Source: a virus (lineage: Duplodnaviria; Caudoviricetes). Taken from it: a DNA stretch of 64,000 bases. The stretch lies in IMG/VR virus record IMGVR_UViG_3300033463_000015; one strand, given 5' to 3'. Positions 1 through 6,781 of this stretch are shown one piece after another. A program made the position numbers and the translations under genes. The notes below the pieces were generated by a model. The model was not told the origin of the DNA, made no database searches, and worked only from the letters and a program-made list of their open reading frames with translations. Position 1 is the first letter of the stretch. The number at the start of each line of letters is the position of its first letter.

Positions 1-23
1 AAGCGTGAAAACGCTTCTTGTAT

Positions 24-157
24 CTGGGTGTAGCGCAGTTTGGTAGCGCATCAGATTTGAAAATCTAGCATAACGGTAATGCTTTATATCAGAGTTCGAT
101 TCTCTGGATTTTCACGGGATCTGAGGGTCGTGAGTTCAAATCTCACCACCCAGACCA
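24..157 (+). tRNA. tRNA-Pro (UGG, or CGG in the alternative register) interrupted in the anticodon by a 57-nt tRNA-like insert
   Basis: Acceptor CTGGGTG/CACCCAG plus ACCA; D-arm GCGC-AGTTTGGTA-GCGC; anticodon stem TCAGA(51-55)/TCTGA(120-124); T-arm GTGAG-TTCAAAT-CTCAC. Removing 59-115 gives loop TT-TGG-GA; removing 58-114 gives TT-CGG-GA. Confidence 0.9.
59..114 (+). ncRNA. Nested anticodon-less mini-tRNA acting as intervening sequence in tRNA-Pro
   Basis: 7-bp acceptor GAAAATC(59-65)/GATTTTC(107-113), TA, D-arm GCAT-AACGGTA-ATGC, 7-nt linker in place of the anticodon arm, T-arm CAGAG-TTCGATT-CTCTG, discriminator A114. Confidence 0.85.
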
Positions 158-222
158 ACAGGATGGCATGAAACCTGTCACAATCTGCATAGCTGAGTGT
201 AGATAAAAACATGCCTATCAGC
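158..222 (+). ncRNA. Candidate double-pseudoknot RNA directly 3' of tRNA-Pro
   Basis: Pairings ACAGG/CCTGT, GGCATG/CATGCC, ATCTGCAT/GTGTAGAT, and loop GCTGA/TCAGC. Confidence 0.45.
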
Positions 223-325
223 ATTTAGCGCCGTTGGGAACCTTATGGTGGAAGAGCCCTACAAGAAAGAGGCCGAGTAGTATCCGCAACTCTTCCGGCG
301 CATTTTTTTATTAAAAGGAGAAAAT

Positions 326-736
326 ATGATAGCAAATATTTGTGAGCATTGCCAACACTTTTTAGAAGATCAAGCAGAATATCATTATTGCCATGTATGT
401 AATATGGATCATAGTTGTTTTTTACTAAAAAACAAAGAAAAAGTTTTTTATCGTGTAATTACATTTTGTAATTTACCAAAAGAAGATGACAATTTTCCAC
501 CAGACTATGACACACCAGCTTATTATGAAAATAAAGATGATGCTATTCAATGTGTAAAAGAAAATTGCTGTGATATTTATGAGGGTAGCTATCCAGCCGC
601 AATGGTAATTGAAACTGGATTTGGATGCTATCCATATTGCCCCAATCGTTGGTACTTTGAATGGGAAGGCGATTGGAGAACTGGTAAGTATGTGCAAAAA
701 GAAGAACCTAAATCATTGGAGCATTGGGGACTATGA
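326..736 (+). CDS. Hypothetical protein (N-terminal Cys/His cluster)
   Basis: ORF with AAGGAG RBS; CxxC...CxxC at N-terminus. Confidence 0.75.
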   Translation: MIANICEHCQHFLEDQAEYHYCHVCNMDHSCFLLKNKEKVFYRVITFCNLPKEDDNFPPDYDTPAYYENKDDAIQCVKENCCDIYEGSYPAAMVIETGFGCYPYCPNRWYFEWEGDWRTGKYVQKEEPKSLEHWGL

Positions 737-748
737 AAGGAGATAATT

Positions 749-1111
749 ATGGGATACTATACTAGTTATAATCTTGATGTAAAAGGCGTTGAAAATAAAG
801 AAAGATTTGAAGAATTGCAAAATGCACTAAAACAAATTGGCGTTATATACTATGCTTTAGATAGTGGTGAATATTTAGAGAAAATTAAACTTGCTTCATT
901 TTATACTTATGATTCTGCAAAATGGTATGAATATAATGATGATATGAAAAATCTTTCACTTATTTTTCCTAAATTTCTTTTCTGTCTCGAAGGAGTGGGA
1001 GAAGATTGGGATGATAGATGGCGTGCATATTATCATTATGGAGAAAGTGAATTTTGCCCTGCTCAAATTATATTTAAAGAACCAGAACGAATTAAATGGA
1101 GCGAAGAATGA
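749..1111 (+). CDS. Hypothetical phage protein
   Basis: ORF with RBS; MGYYT start and GVGEDWDDRWR motif resembling small phage proteins. Confidence 0.75.
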   Translation: MGYYTSYNLDVKGVENKERFEELQNALKQIGVIYYALDSGEYLEKIKLASFYTYDSAKWYEYNDDMKNLSLIFPKFLFCLEGVGEDWDDRWRAYYHYGESEFCPAQIIFKEPERIKWSEE

Positions 1112-1551
1112 AAATTTACACTTCTTATTGGGCTATGGTACGTCATTTTCCTACCAATCTTATTGGTTTAAATACTACAATTTGGCCTCCTAAATGGCGG
1201 CCACTAGGTAAAGACGCAAGAGGTGTCATTGTTATAGACTGCCCGCCCCTTAAACCCGGAGCCGCGTGTGAAGGTTTATGTAATGGAAAATGTAGCCCTA
1301 AACATCCACAAGATTGTGAGTTTCTAAATGTATATCAGCGGCAACTAGATGAAATTGATTTTAATCAATTTATGAACTCATTACAAAAATTACACGATAA
1401 GATTTGTGCTGAAGAAGGATTTGAGGATGTAGATTTTGCTCTCATTGTATATGAGACACCGCAGAATCATTGTAGCGAGCGTTTGCCACTATGGATATGG
1501 CTTCAAATGAATGGTATTGAACCTCAGGAATTTAACAAAAGTAGTATTTGA
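1108..1551 (+). CDS. Hypothetical protein (possibly DUF488-like)
   Basis: ATGA overlap with the previous gene; MKIYTSY start and ALIVYETP..HCSER. Confidence 0.6.
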   Translation: MKIYTSYWAMVRHFPTNLIGLNTTIWPPKWRPLGKDARGVIVIDCPPLKPGAACEGLCNGKCSPKHPQDCEFLNVYQRQLDEIDFNQFMNSLQKLHDKICAEEGFEDVDFALIVYETPQNHCSERLPLWIWLQMNGIEPQEFNKSSI

Positions 1552-1575
1552 CAATTATAAAAATTATGATATAAT
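1548..1575 (+). promoter_or_regulatory. sigmaA-type promoter
   Basis: TTGACA-16-TATAAT with extended TG. Confidence 0.8.
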
Positions 1576-1605
1576 ATAATTGAACAAAAGGAAAGGAGCA
1601 TTTAT

Positions 1606-1821
1606 ATGAAGCCTAGGGTAATCAAGAATCGCATCGAGTTTAATCTGTATCCTGATGAGGATAGCTATCAGCAGGCTGTAAGTCTTGGTTTTGATGTAGA
1701 TCAGGATATGCCGCTTGAAGCGCTTCATCGTATGTGCCGTTATTTTGCGCTATGTCTAGGTTTTGCAGAATCTAGCGTAGATGAGATGTTCGGTGAAGAA
1801 AGTTATAATGACCTCTGTTGA
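1606..1821 (+). CDS. Hypothetical protein
   Basis: RBS AAAGGAG; directly after promoter. Confidence 0.7.
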   Translation: MKPRVIKNRIEFNLYPDEDSYQQAVSLGFDVDQDMPLEALHRMCRYFALCLGFAESSVDEMFGEESYNDLC

Positions 1822-1990
1822 TATTGACCGACTCTTTAAAGATTTAATTAATTATTGGGGTACAGCTCCATTTGGATTTGTACTCGCGGCAATCGCAGAC
1901 GCAGAACAAGCGTGGGAAGAAGAAAACTACGATCGCATTGTAGAATGGGCAGTACAAGAAGGATTTAATTTGGAGGATTATTATGTTTAA
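1808..1990 (+). CDS. Hypothetical protein
   Basis: Coupled short ORF, MTSVDID start. Confidence 0.6.
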   Translation: MTSVDIDRLFKDLINYWGTAPFGFVLAAIADAEQAWEEENYDRIVEWAVQEGFNLEDYYV

Positions 1991-2189
1991 GTATAAGGTT
2001 CATTACTGGGATGAAGTTGAAAATAAGAATCTTGATGATACTGGTCTTGTCGCCGCAAAGTCTTGGGGCAAAGCAGTCGAAAAGGTTCGGGAATATTATG
2101 GGCCTAAGAATGTATATAGTATTACCGTTGAGGAATGGGATGAAGTTGTATATGCTGAAGAGGTTCTTAATGGACTAACTGAAGAGTAA
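1983..2189 (+). CDS. Hypothetical protein
   Basis: GGAGG RBS; coupled ORF. Confidence 0.7.
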   Translation: MFKYKVHYWDEVENKNLDDTGLVAAKSWGKAVEKVREYYGPKNVYSITVEEWDEVVYAEEVLNGLTEE

Positions 2190-2209
2190 TCGCGGCGAAA
2201 GCCGCATAT

Positions 2210-2495
2210 GCGGGTATGGCGGAATAGGCAGACGCCACAGACTTTAATAAAAAGAGCACTAGAATAGGAAACTTTCTGAGTGAATGCTGGCTAATTCGGT
2301 GAAAGTCCTTATGGGATAACGCCGAGCTAAATGGTTTAAAACCTAAATGTGTAGAGACTATATACCAGCCACCTAAATCATAAGATATGGTGAAGACATA
2401 GTCCAGACTACAACGTGTAAGCGGCCATAGTAATATGGAGTAGTAGGAAAATCTGTTGCCCTCTGGGCGTGCCGGTTCAAGTCCGGCTACCCGTA
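2210..2495 (+). tRNA. trnL: tRNA-Leu(UAA) containing a group I intron
   Basis: Acceptor GCGGGTA/TACCCGT; anticodon stem ACAGA/TCTGT; spliced loop CT-TAA-AA; long variable arm; T-arm GCCGG-TTCAAGT-CCGGC. Confidence 0.92.
2245..2447 (+). mobile_element. Group I self-splicing intron (IC3-like, no ORF)
   Basis: Inserted after U34 and ends in G; short P1 (CTT/GAG); core R GTAGAGACTA and S AAGACATAGTCC; same architecture as cyanobacterial tRNA-Leu(UAA) introns. Confidence 0.9.
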
Positions 2496-2546
2496 CTTAT
2501 AATCAAAACACCTCCCTTTCTCTACGCGGCGGAAACGCCGCATTAT

Positions 2547-2634
2547 GCCCTCGTGCCGCAGCTAGTGAGACGGGGTAGTCTCAAAAACTACTACACAAGA
2601 AACATCGTGGGCGCACATCCCACCGAGGGTACCA
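2547..2634 (+). tRNA. tRNA-Leu(CAA), atypical D/T loops
   Basis: GCCCTCG/CGAGGGT-ACCA; GTAGT-CT-CAA-AA-ACTAC; T-stem GTGGG/CCCAC with non-canonical loop CGCACAT. Confidence 0.75.
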
Positions 2635-2707
2635 GTGGCTTTTAGAACAAAAGAGGTTAGCCTGCGCAAGAACCCATATGTCGTTGCGGTGACGTGAAGC
2701 CGCACCA
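2635..2707 (+). ncRNA. tRNA-sized element with acceptor stem and ACCA but no canonical cloverleaf
   Basis: GTGGCTT/AAGCCGC 7-bp stem followed by ACCA, 73 nt, packed between two tRNAs. Confidence 0.45.
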
Positions 2708-2708
2708 C

Positions 2709-2779
2709 GCACCATTAGTGTAATGGCAACATTCCTGCCTTCCAAGCAGTAGTTGGCGGTTCAAATCCGCTATGGTGCT
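2709..2779 (+). tRNA. tRNA-Gly(UCC)
   Basis: GCACCAT/ATGGTGC; CT-TCC-AA loop; GGCGG-TTCAAAT-CCGCT. Confidence 0.9.
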
Positions 2780-2780
2780 T

Positions 2781-3152
2781 TGGGGAGGAGTTAAAAGCGT
2801 CCTCTCTCTGGTGCAATGCGGTAATACCTGTATACGGGTCCCAAAAGTTACCCTACCAGTAGTTAGAAGTCTGTAAAACTTCCATTGGGCTGGCTGAGAG
2901 GCCCGGGTCCACCTTGTAGGTTTCGCTTGACCGCAGGGGATGTATTCCCGAAACAAGCATTTAATATTATAAGCTGCCGACGCCTCTGCTGACGAGCAAG
3001 CGTACCACGGGGCAATGGGCTCGTTAATAACCTCCTCAAAACCGAGGAAGTAGGTACCTTGAGCCCTTCATTAATCAATAGGAGTCTTGAGCGGTTATTA
3101 GACTTAATACTCAACCGACCGATCGTACGCGGCAAAACAAATCCTATTGACG
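2781..3152 (+). ncRNA. Unidentified ~370-nt structured RNA inside the tRNA cluster
   Basis: GC-rich with no credible ORF/RBS; many nested stems (CTGGT/ACCAG, GGTAA/TTACC, GGGCTC/GAGCCC, TCAATAGGA/TCCTATTGA); bounded by tRNA-Gly and tRNA-Ser. Confidence 0.55.
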
Positions 3153-3156
3153 TTAT

Positions 3157-3243
3157 GCAGATGTGGCTGAGTGGTCTAAAGCAGCGGTTTGCTAAACCGT
3201 CGTACTTTCATCGGTACCGAAGGTTCAAATCCTTCCATCTGCG
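3157..3243 (+). tRNA. tRNA-Ser(GCU)
   Basis: GCAGATG/CATCTGC-G; GCGGT-TT-GCT-AA-ACCGT; long variable arm; GAAGG-TTCAAAT-CCTTC. Confidence 0.92.
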
Positions 3244-3261
3244 CTTTAAGGAGATGATTCT

Positions 3262-3525
3262 ATGGAAAATAAAGAAAATACTTCGATGTTAGAGGGATGG
3301 CGTTGCCCTTAGTGTGGAGCAGTAATGTCTCCATTTGTACGTAGCTGTGTAAATTGTGTTGGTAAATCTTCGCCTACAGTTGTTCAACCAAATACGACTA
3401 CTCCATTAACTGAGCCATATCCATCTACAACTACACCTATATATGAAGAAGTTCCTTGGTGGATAACATACAATAGACCAATTACTATTACTTGTGAAAC
3501 AAAACCAGTTCAATGCTGGTTGTAA
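3262..3525 (+). CDS. Zn-ribbon protein (TAG=Gln)
   Basis: RBS AAGGAG, then MENKENTSMLEGWRCP*CGAVMSPFVRSCVNC; readthrough restores CPQC...CxxC. Confidence 0.8.
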
Positions 3526-3531
3526 AGGAGA

Positions 3532-3774
3532 ATGATTATGGATAGATTACGTATTCGTATTTTAAGCCAGAATGATGTAGTCTCGCTAGTAAATAGTCTA
3601 AATACTTGGACTGATAAGTTTATTCTTGAAAGTGAAGATGGCACTTATAGAGTAAATGCCAAGAGCGTTCTTGGTGTTCTTTACTTTGTGTCTGAACACC
3701 CAATGGATACTTATCTTATAAATATGACTAGCGGCGGCTACTACCCTGATGGTGCTATGCGTTTTCGCTTTTGA
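3532..3774 (+). CDS. HPr/Crh-like phosphocarrier homolog
   Basis: 80 aa; RVNAKSVLGVL matches the HPr Ser46 regulatory motif; no His at the His15 position. Confidence 0.7.
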   Translation: MIMDRLRIRILSQNDVVSLVNSLNTWTDKFILESEDGTYRVNAKSVLGVLYFVSEHPMDTYLINMTSGGYYPDGAMRFRF

Positions 3775-3787
3775 AAGCGCAATTTAA

Positions 3788-3859
3788 TGAGGATTCGTAT
3801 AACGGCGAGTACACACGGCTTTGACCCGGGTAGCGATGGTTCGATTCCATCATCCTCAG
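3788..3859 (+). tRNA. tRNA-Gln(UUG)
   Basis: TGAGGAT/ATCCTCA-G; CT-TTG-AC loop; GATGG-TTCGATT-CCATC. Confidence 0.9.
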
Positions 3860-3864
3860 CTTAT

Positions 3865-3950
3865 GGGCATGTGGCCGAGTGGTTTAAGGCGGCGGTCTTG
3901 AAAACCGTTGATGTGATGAACATCCGTGGGTTCAAATCCTACCGTGCCCG
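3865..3950 (+). tRNA. tRNA-Ser(UGA)
   Basis: GGGCATG/CGTGCCC-G; GCGGT-CT-TGA-AA-ACCGT; variable arm; GTGGG-TTCAAAT-CCTAC. Confidence 0.92.
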
Positions 3951-3974
3951 TCAATCTTATAAGGTGGTGATACT

Positions 3975-4241
3975 ATGCGCGAAACAGCTGAACGACGTCA
4001 TAATGATTGGACAAAGGCTATTCGTAAGCGTAATTTATATCCCGATTATTATGATAATCTGCACCAATATAGTAAAAATAAAATTCATTGCTCTTGTCCA
4101 ATGTGCGCGAGAAAATCTAACAATAAAGGCATATACGCCTTCTATCATGGATCGCATAATTTAACCATTGCGGACCGCCGCAGACAAGAAGAAATGGATG
4201 ACCAACTTGAAGATTTGACTTTTGACGAAATTGATGTATAA
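3975..4241 (+). CDS. Hypothetical protein (HCSCPMC motif)
   Basis: RBS AAGGTGG; basic protein with Cys/His motif. Confidence 0.7.
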   Translation: MRETAERRHNDWTKAIRKRNLYPDYYDNLHQYSKNKIHCSCPMCARKSNNKGIYAFYHGSHNLTIADRRRQEEMDDQLEDLTFDEIDV

Positions 4242-4242
4242 T
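4215..4242 (+). promoter_or_regulatory. sigmaA-type promoter
   Basis: TTGACT-16-TATAAT. Confidence 0.65.
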
Positions 4243-4265
4243 ATAATTGTAGAAAGGAGATAAGT

Positions 4266-4751
4266 ATGCCTACATTGTATATTATGTGCGGTATTCCGGG
4301 GTCTGGTAAAACTTATTTTGCACGGAATTTTCTTCGTGCAGATGTAACAGTATCTCGTGATAATATTCGTTTCATGATGCTGGATGATAATGAACAGTAT
4401 TTTGACCATGAGGCTGAAGTATTTAACGAATTTGTAAAAACTCTTGTGCATCATCTTCATCATTTTGAAACAGTGGTAGCGGATGCGACTCATCTCAACA
4501 TCTGGTCACGTAAAAAGCTTACAAATGCTATTGACAAATATATTACGGATTATCGCATCGTATATGTGGTATGCGCTCCTTCACTACAGGTATGCCTCTA
4601 TCGTAACAGCAAGCGCACTGGCCGTTCTCGAGTACCAGACGAAATCGTAAAAGAAATGGCCGACAAATTTCATCCGCCCGTAACTGACGCTTATAAATTG
4701 GAAGATGAGCGAGCAGTAGGAGTTTGGTGGATTAATGGCGAACCAAAATGA
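4266..4751 (+). CDS. Polynucleotide kinase-like P-loop kinase (AAA_33)
   Basis: MCGIPGSGKT, SRDNIR, VADATHL, RNSKR..RVP motifs. Confidence 0.85.
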   Translation: MPTLYIMCGIPGSGKTYFARNFLRADVTVSRDNIRFMMLDDNEQYFDHEAEVFNEFVKTLVHHLHHFETVVADATHLNIWSRKKLTNAIDKYITDYRIVYVVCAPSLQVCLYRNSKRTGRSRVPDEIVKEMADKFHPPVTDAYKLEDERAVGVWWINGEPK

Positions 4752-5362
4752 ATAACATTTGGTTTACAAGCGATACACATTTCTTTCACGAGCAATCATT
4801 CATTTACGAACCTCGCGGTTTTACTACCACTATGGAAATGAATGAAGCGATAGTAGAACGATGGAACGAGGTAGTCCAAGAAGAAGATACTGTCTATCAT
4901 CTCGGCGATGTATTAATGGGACATTATGATGTTAATATCCTAAAAAGACTAAACGGTAATATATTTTTAATTCGCGGCAATCACGATACATTGCAGAAAA
5001 TTAGCGACATCTACGAAACTGGCAAGGTAACTAATATTATACACACTAGCGAACTTTTAAAGTTCGGCAAACTAAATTTCTTTTGTTGCCATTATCCAGT
5101 TCTTACTGCTAATTTTGATGATAAGCATTTTTCGCAGCATATTATTTCCCTACATGGTCATTCACATCAAACTTCTAACTGGCTATTTCCTGAAAACCCA
5201 TTTATTTATCATGTTGGACTTGATTCGCACGATTGTAAGCCTGTTCATCTAGACGAAATTACTACGGATATACGAAATAGATGGAATCAATTAGGCTAGC
5301 TTCCAATCATGTTAAATAAAGATTATCATAAAAATTTCACCTCCGAAGAAAGTCAAGATTAA
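4748..5362 (+). CDS. Calcineurin-like metallophosphoesterase (TAG at 5297 read through)
   Basis: FTSDTHF, HLGD, RGNHD, HGHSH motifs; next TAA is at 5360-5362. Confidence 0.88.
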
Positions 5363-5394
5363 TTTCTTGACTTTTTTTAAATTTATAGTATAAT
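5349..5394 (+). promoter_or_regulatory. Terminator hairpin fused to a sigmaA promoter
   Basis: AAAGTCAAGA/TCTTGACTTT plus T-run; the 3' arm contains -35 TTGACT; -10 TATAAT at 5389-5394. Confidence 0.75.
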
Positions 5395-5426
5395 ATAAAT
5401 GTAAAGAGGAAAGGGGAGATTATAGG

Positions 5427-6278
5427 ATGGCAGTCGCTAAATCTTATGAGAATATGGAAATTATGGGCGAGCCTTATGCGCATGATGGCGATGCTAAAAA
5501 GCTTTATGTGCGGGTGAAAGGTCCGTGCCATCGGTGTGGCGGCTCCGGCCAGTATTCCTATAATCCTATGGATGGCACTCGTTGTCTTGCTTGCCGCGGT
5601 TGTGGCTATGAAATCAAGGAAGTCCGCTGGTATACTGACAAACAGCGTGAAGCTCTTGACCGCGCGGCTGAAAAGCGTGCTGCGGCCAAAGCTGTGAAGG
5701 TTGAAGAGCGGCGTGTGAAGTTCGCGGCTCGTAATGCCTTTGGCTTTGGTGAAGCTGGTTTCATCACTCTTTTCAAGGGTGATAACACCATTCTTAATGA
5801 TTGGGCTCATGAAACCAATCCCTGCCGTGCTCGGTTTAATCTCCTGTTCGGCTGGTTCTGCCCTTCTAAGCTTGAGATTGTTAATCTTCCCGCTGAAATT
5901 ACTCCTGTTGTCCTCAAGTGGGAGGATGTTCACAATCCCGATGATCCGGAAGACCTGACTATGCGCGATGAAGCCGAAGTCCGCAAGCTCATTCACGAAC
6001 TACTTGATGATCAGAGCAAGAGTGAATATCAGGGTGAAGTCGGTGATTGGCTTGAGCGCGAAGTTACCATTAAGAAGAATGTTCCTGTTAATGGCCGCTT
6101 TGGTGAAAGCCGCGTCCATATTATGGAAGATACTGATGGCAACGAATATGTTTGGATTACTGCTTCCAAAAACCTTGAAGTTGGCTTTAAGTGCGTGATG
6201 CGCATGAAGGTCAAGGAGCACAAGGAATATAATGATGTGAAGCAGACTGTCGTTTACTACTGCAAAATGAAAGGATGA
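5427..6278 (+). CDS. Hypothetical protein, Zn finger plus probable C-terminal OB-fold
   Basis: CHRCGGSG...CLACRGCG; C-terminal 'MEDTDGNEYVW...KVKEHKEYNDVKQTVV'. Confidence 0.75.
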   Translation: MAVAKSYENMEIMGEPYAHDGDAKKLYVRVKGPCHRCGGSGQYSYNPMDGTRCLACRGCGYEIKEVRWYTDKQREALDRAAEKRAAAKAVKVEERRVKFAARNAFGFGEAGFITLFKGDNTILNDWAHETNPCRARFNLLFGWFCPSKLEIVNLPAEITPVVLKWEDVHNPDDPEDLTMRDEAEVRKLIHELLDDQSKSEYQGEVGDWLEREVTIKKNVPVNGRFGESRVHIMEDTDGNEYVWITASKNLEVGFKCVMRMKVKEHKEYNDVKQTVVYYCKMKG

Positions 6279-6526
6279 TGAATATGACTCTGTATTTTGA
6301 GAATAGTCACGGTGTATGGCGCCCTATTGCGGAATGCGCTAACAAGGTTGATGTTGCTATTGCTATCAAGAGATTTCTCGATGAGCATAATTACAAGAGC
6401 TATTATACTCGCATTTGGGATGAAGATGGCTGGCGGCATTATGATGTTGGCAGCTGGAGCGAGTTCTTTCATTGGCAGATGAGTTCGGAGGCTAAGATTC
6501 CTAATGGTAACGAGAGCAGCAGTTAA
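6275..6526 (+). CDS. Hypothetical phage protein
   Basis: Coupled ORF; YDVGSWSEFF. Confidence 0.7.
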   Translation: MMNMTLYFENSHGVWRPIAECANKVDVAIAIKRFLDEHNYKSYYTRIWDEDGWRHYDVGSWSEFFHWQMSSEAKIPNGNESSS

Positions 6527-6770
6527 AATCTTTGATAATAAACAACAAAAAGAAATTATTATTCCATGCCATCGACATTGCGATGCTTTTCAGATTTTAC
6601 ATAATTTTGGATATACTATTAGAGATTTTAAAGAATTAGGACAGGGTTTCTTAAATGAGCATGATGAATATATGAGCCGTTTAGAAGCCATGAAAGAAGC
6701 TAAACGATGCCGTCAAGTGTCAGATTTTAAATTAGTGACTAGTGAATTATATAGTGAAGATTTGTGGTAA
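6504..6770 (+). CDS. Hypothetical phage protein
   Basis: HRHCD...QGFL...LYSEDLW motif. Confidence 0.7.
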   Translation: MVTRAAVKIFDNKQQKEIIIPCHRHCDAFQILHNFGYTIRDFKELGQGFLNEHDEYMSRLEAMKEAKRCRQVSDFKLVTSELYSEDLW

Positions 6771-6781
6771 GGAGTTAAAAT

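Noticed and set aside
59-115. Group I, group II or archaeal BHB intron in tRNA-Pro
   Set aside because: Too short; no catalytic core, terminal G or bulge-helix-bulge; folds as a tRNA mimic
2781-3152. RNase P RNA or tmRNA
   Set aside because: I could not find the RNase P GAGGAAAGUCC/ACAGAA..CGGC elements in the right order, nor a tmRNA T-arm/CCA end
3788-3859. tRNA-Gln as the amber suppressor
   Set aside because: The anticodon is TTG, not CTA; no CUA tRNA was found in this window
2657-4164. ORF-track entries 2657-2956, 2863-3135, 3059-3292 and 3787-4164
   Set aside because: They overlap tRNAs/structured RNA, lack an RBS and are spurious
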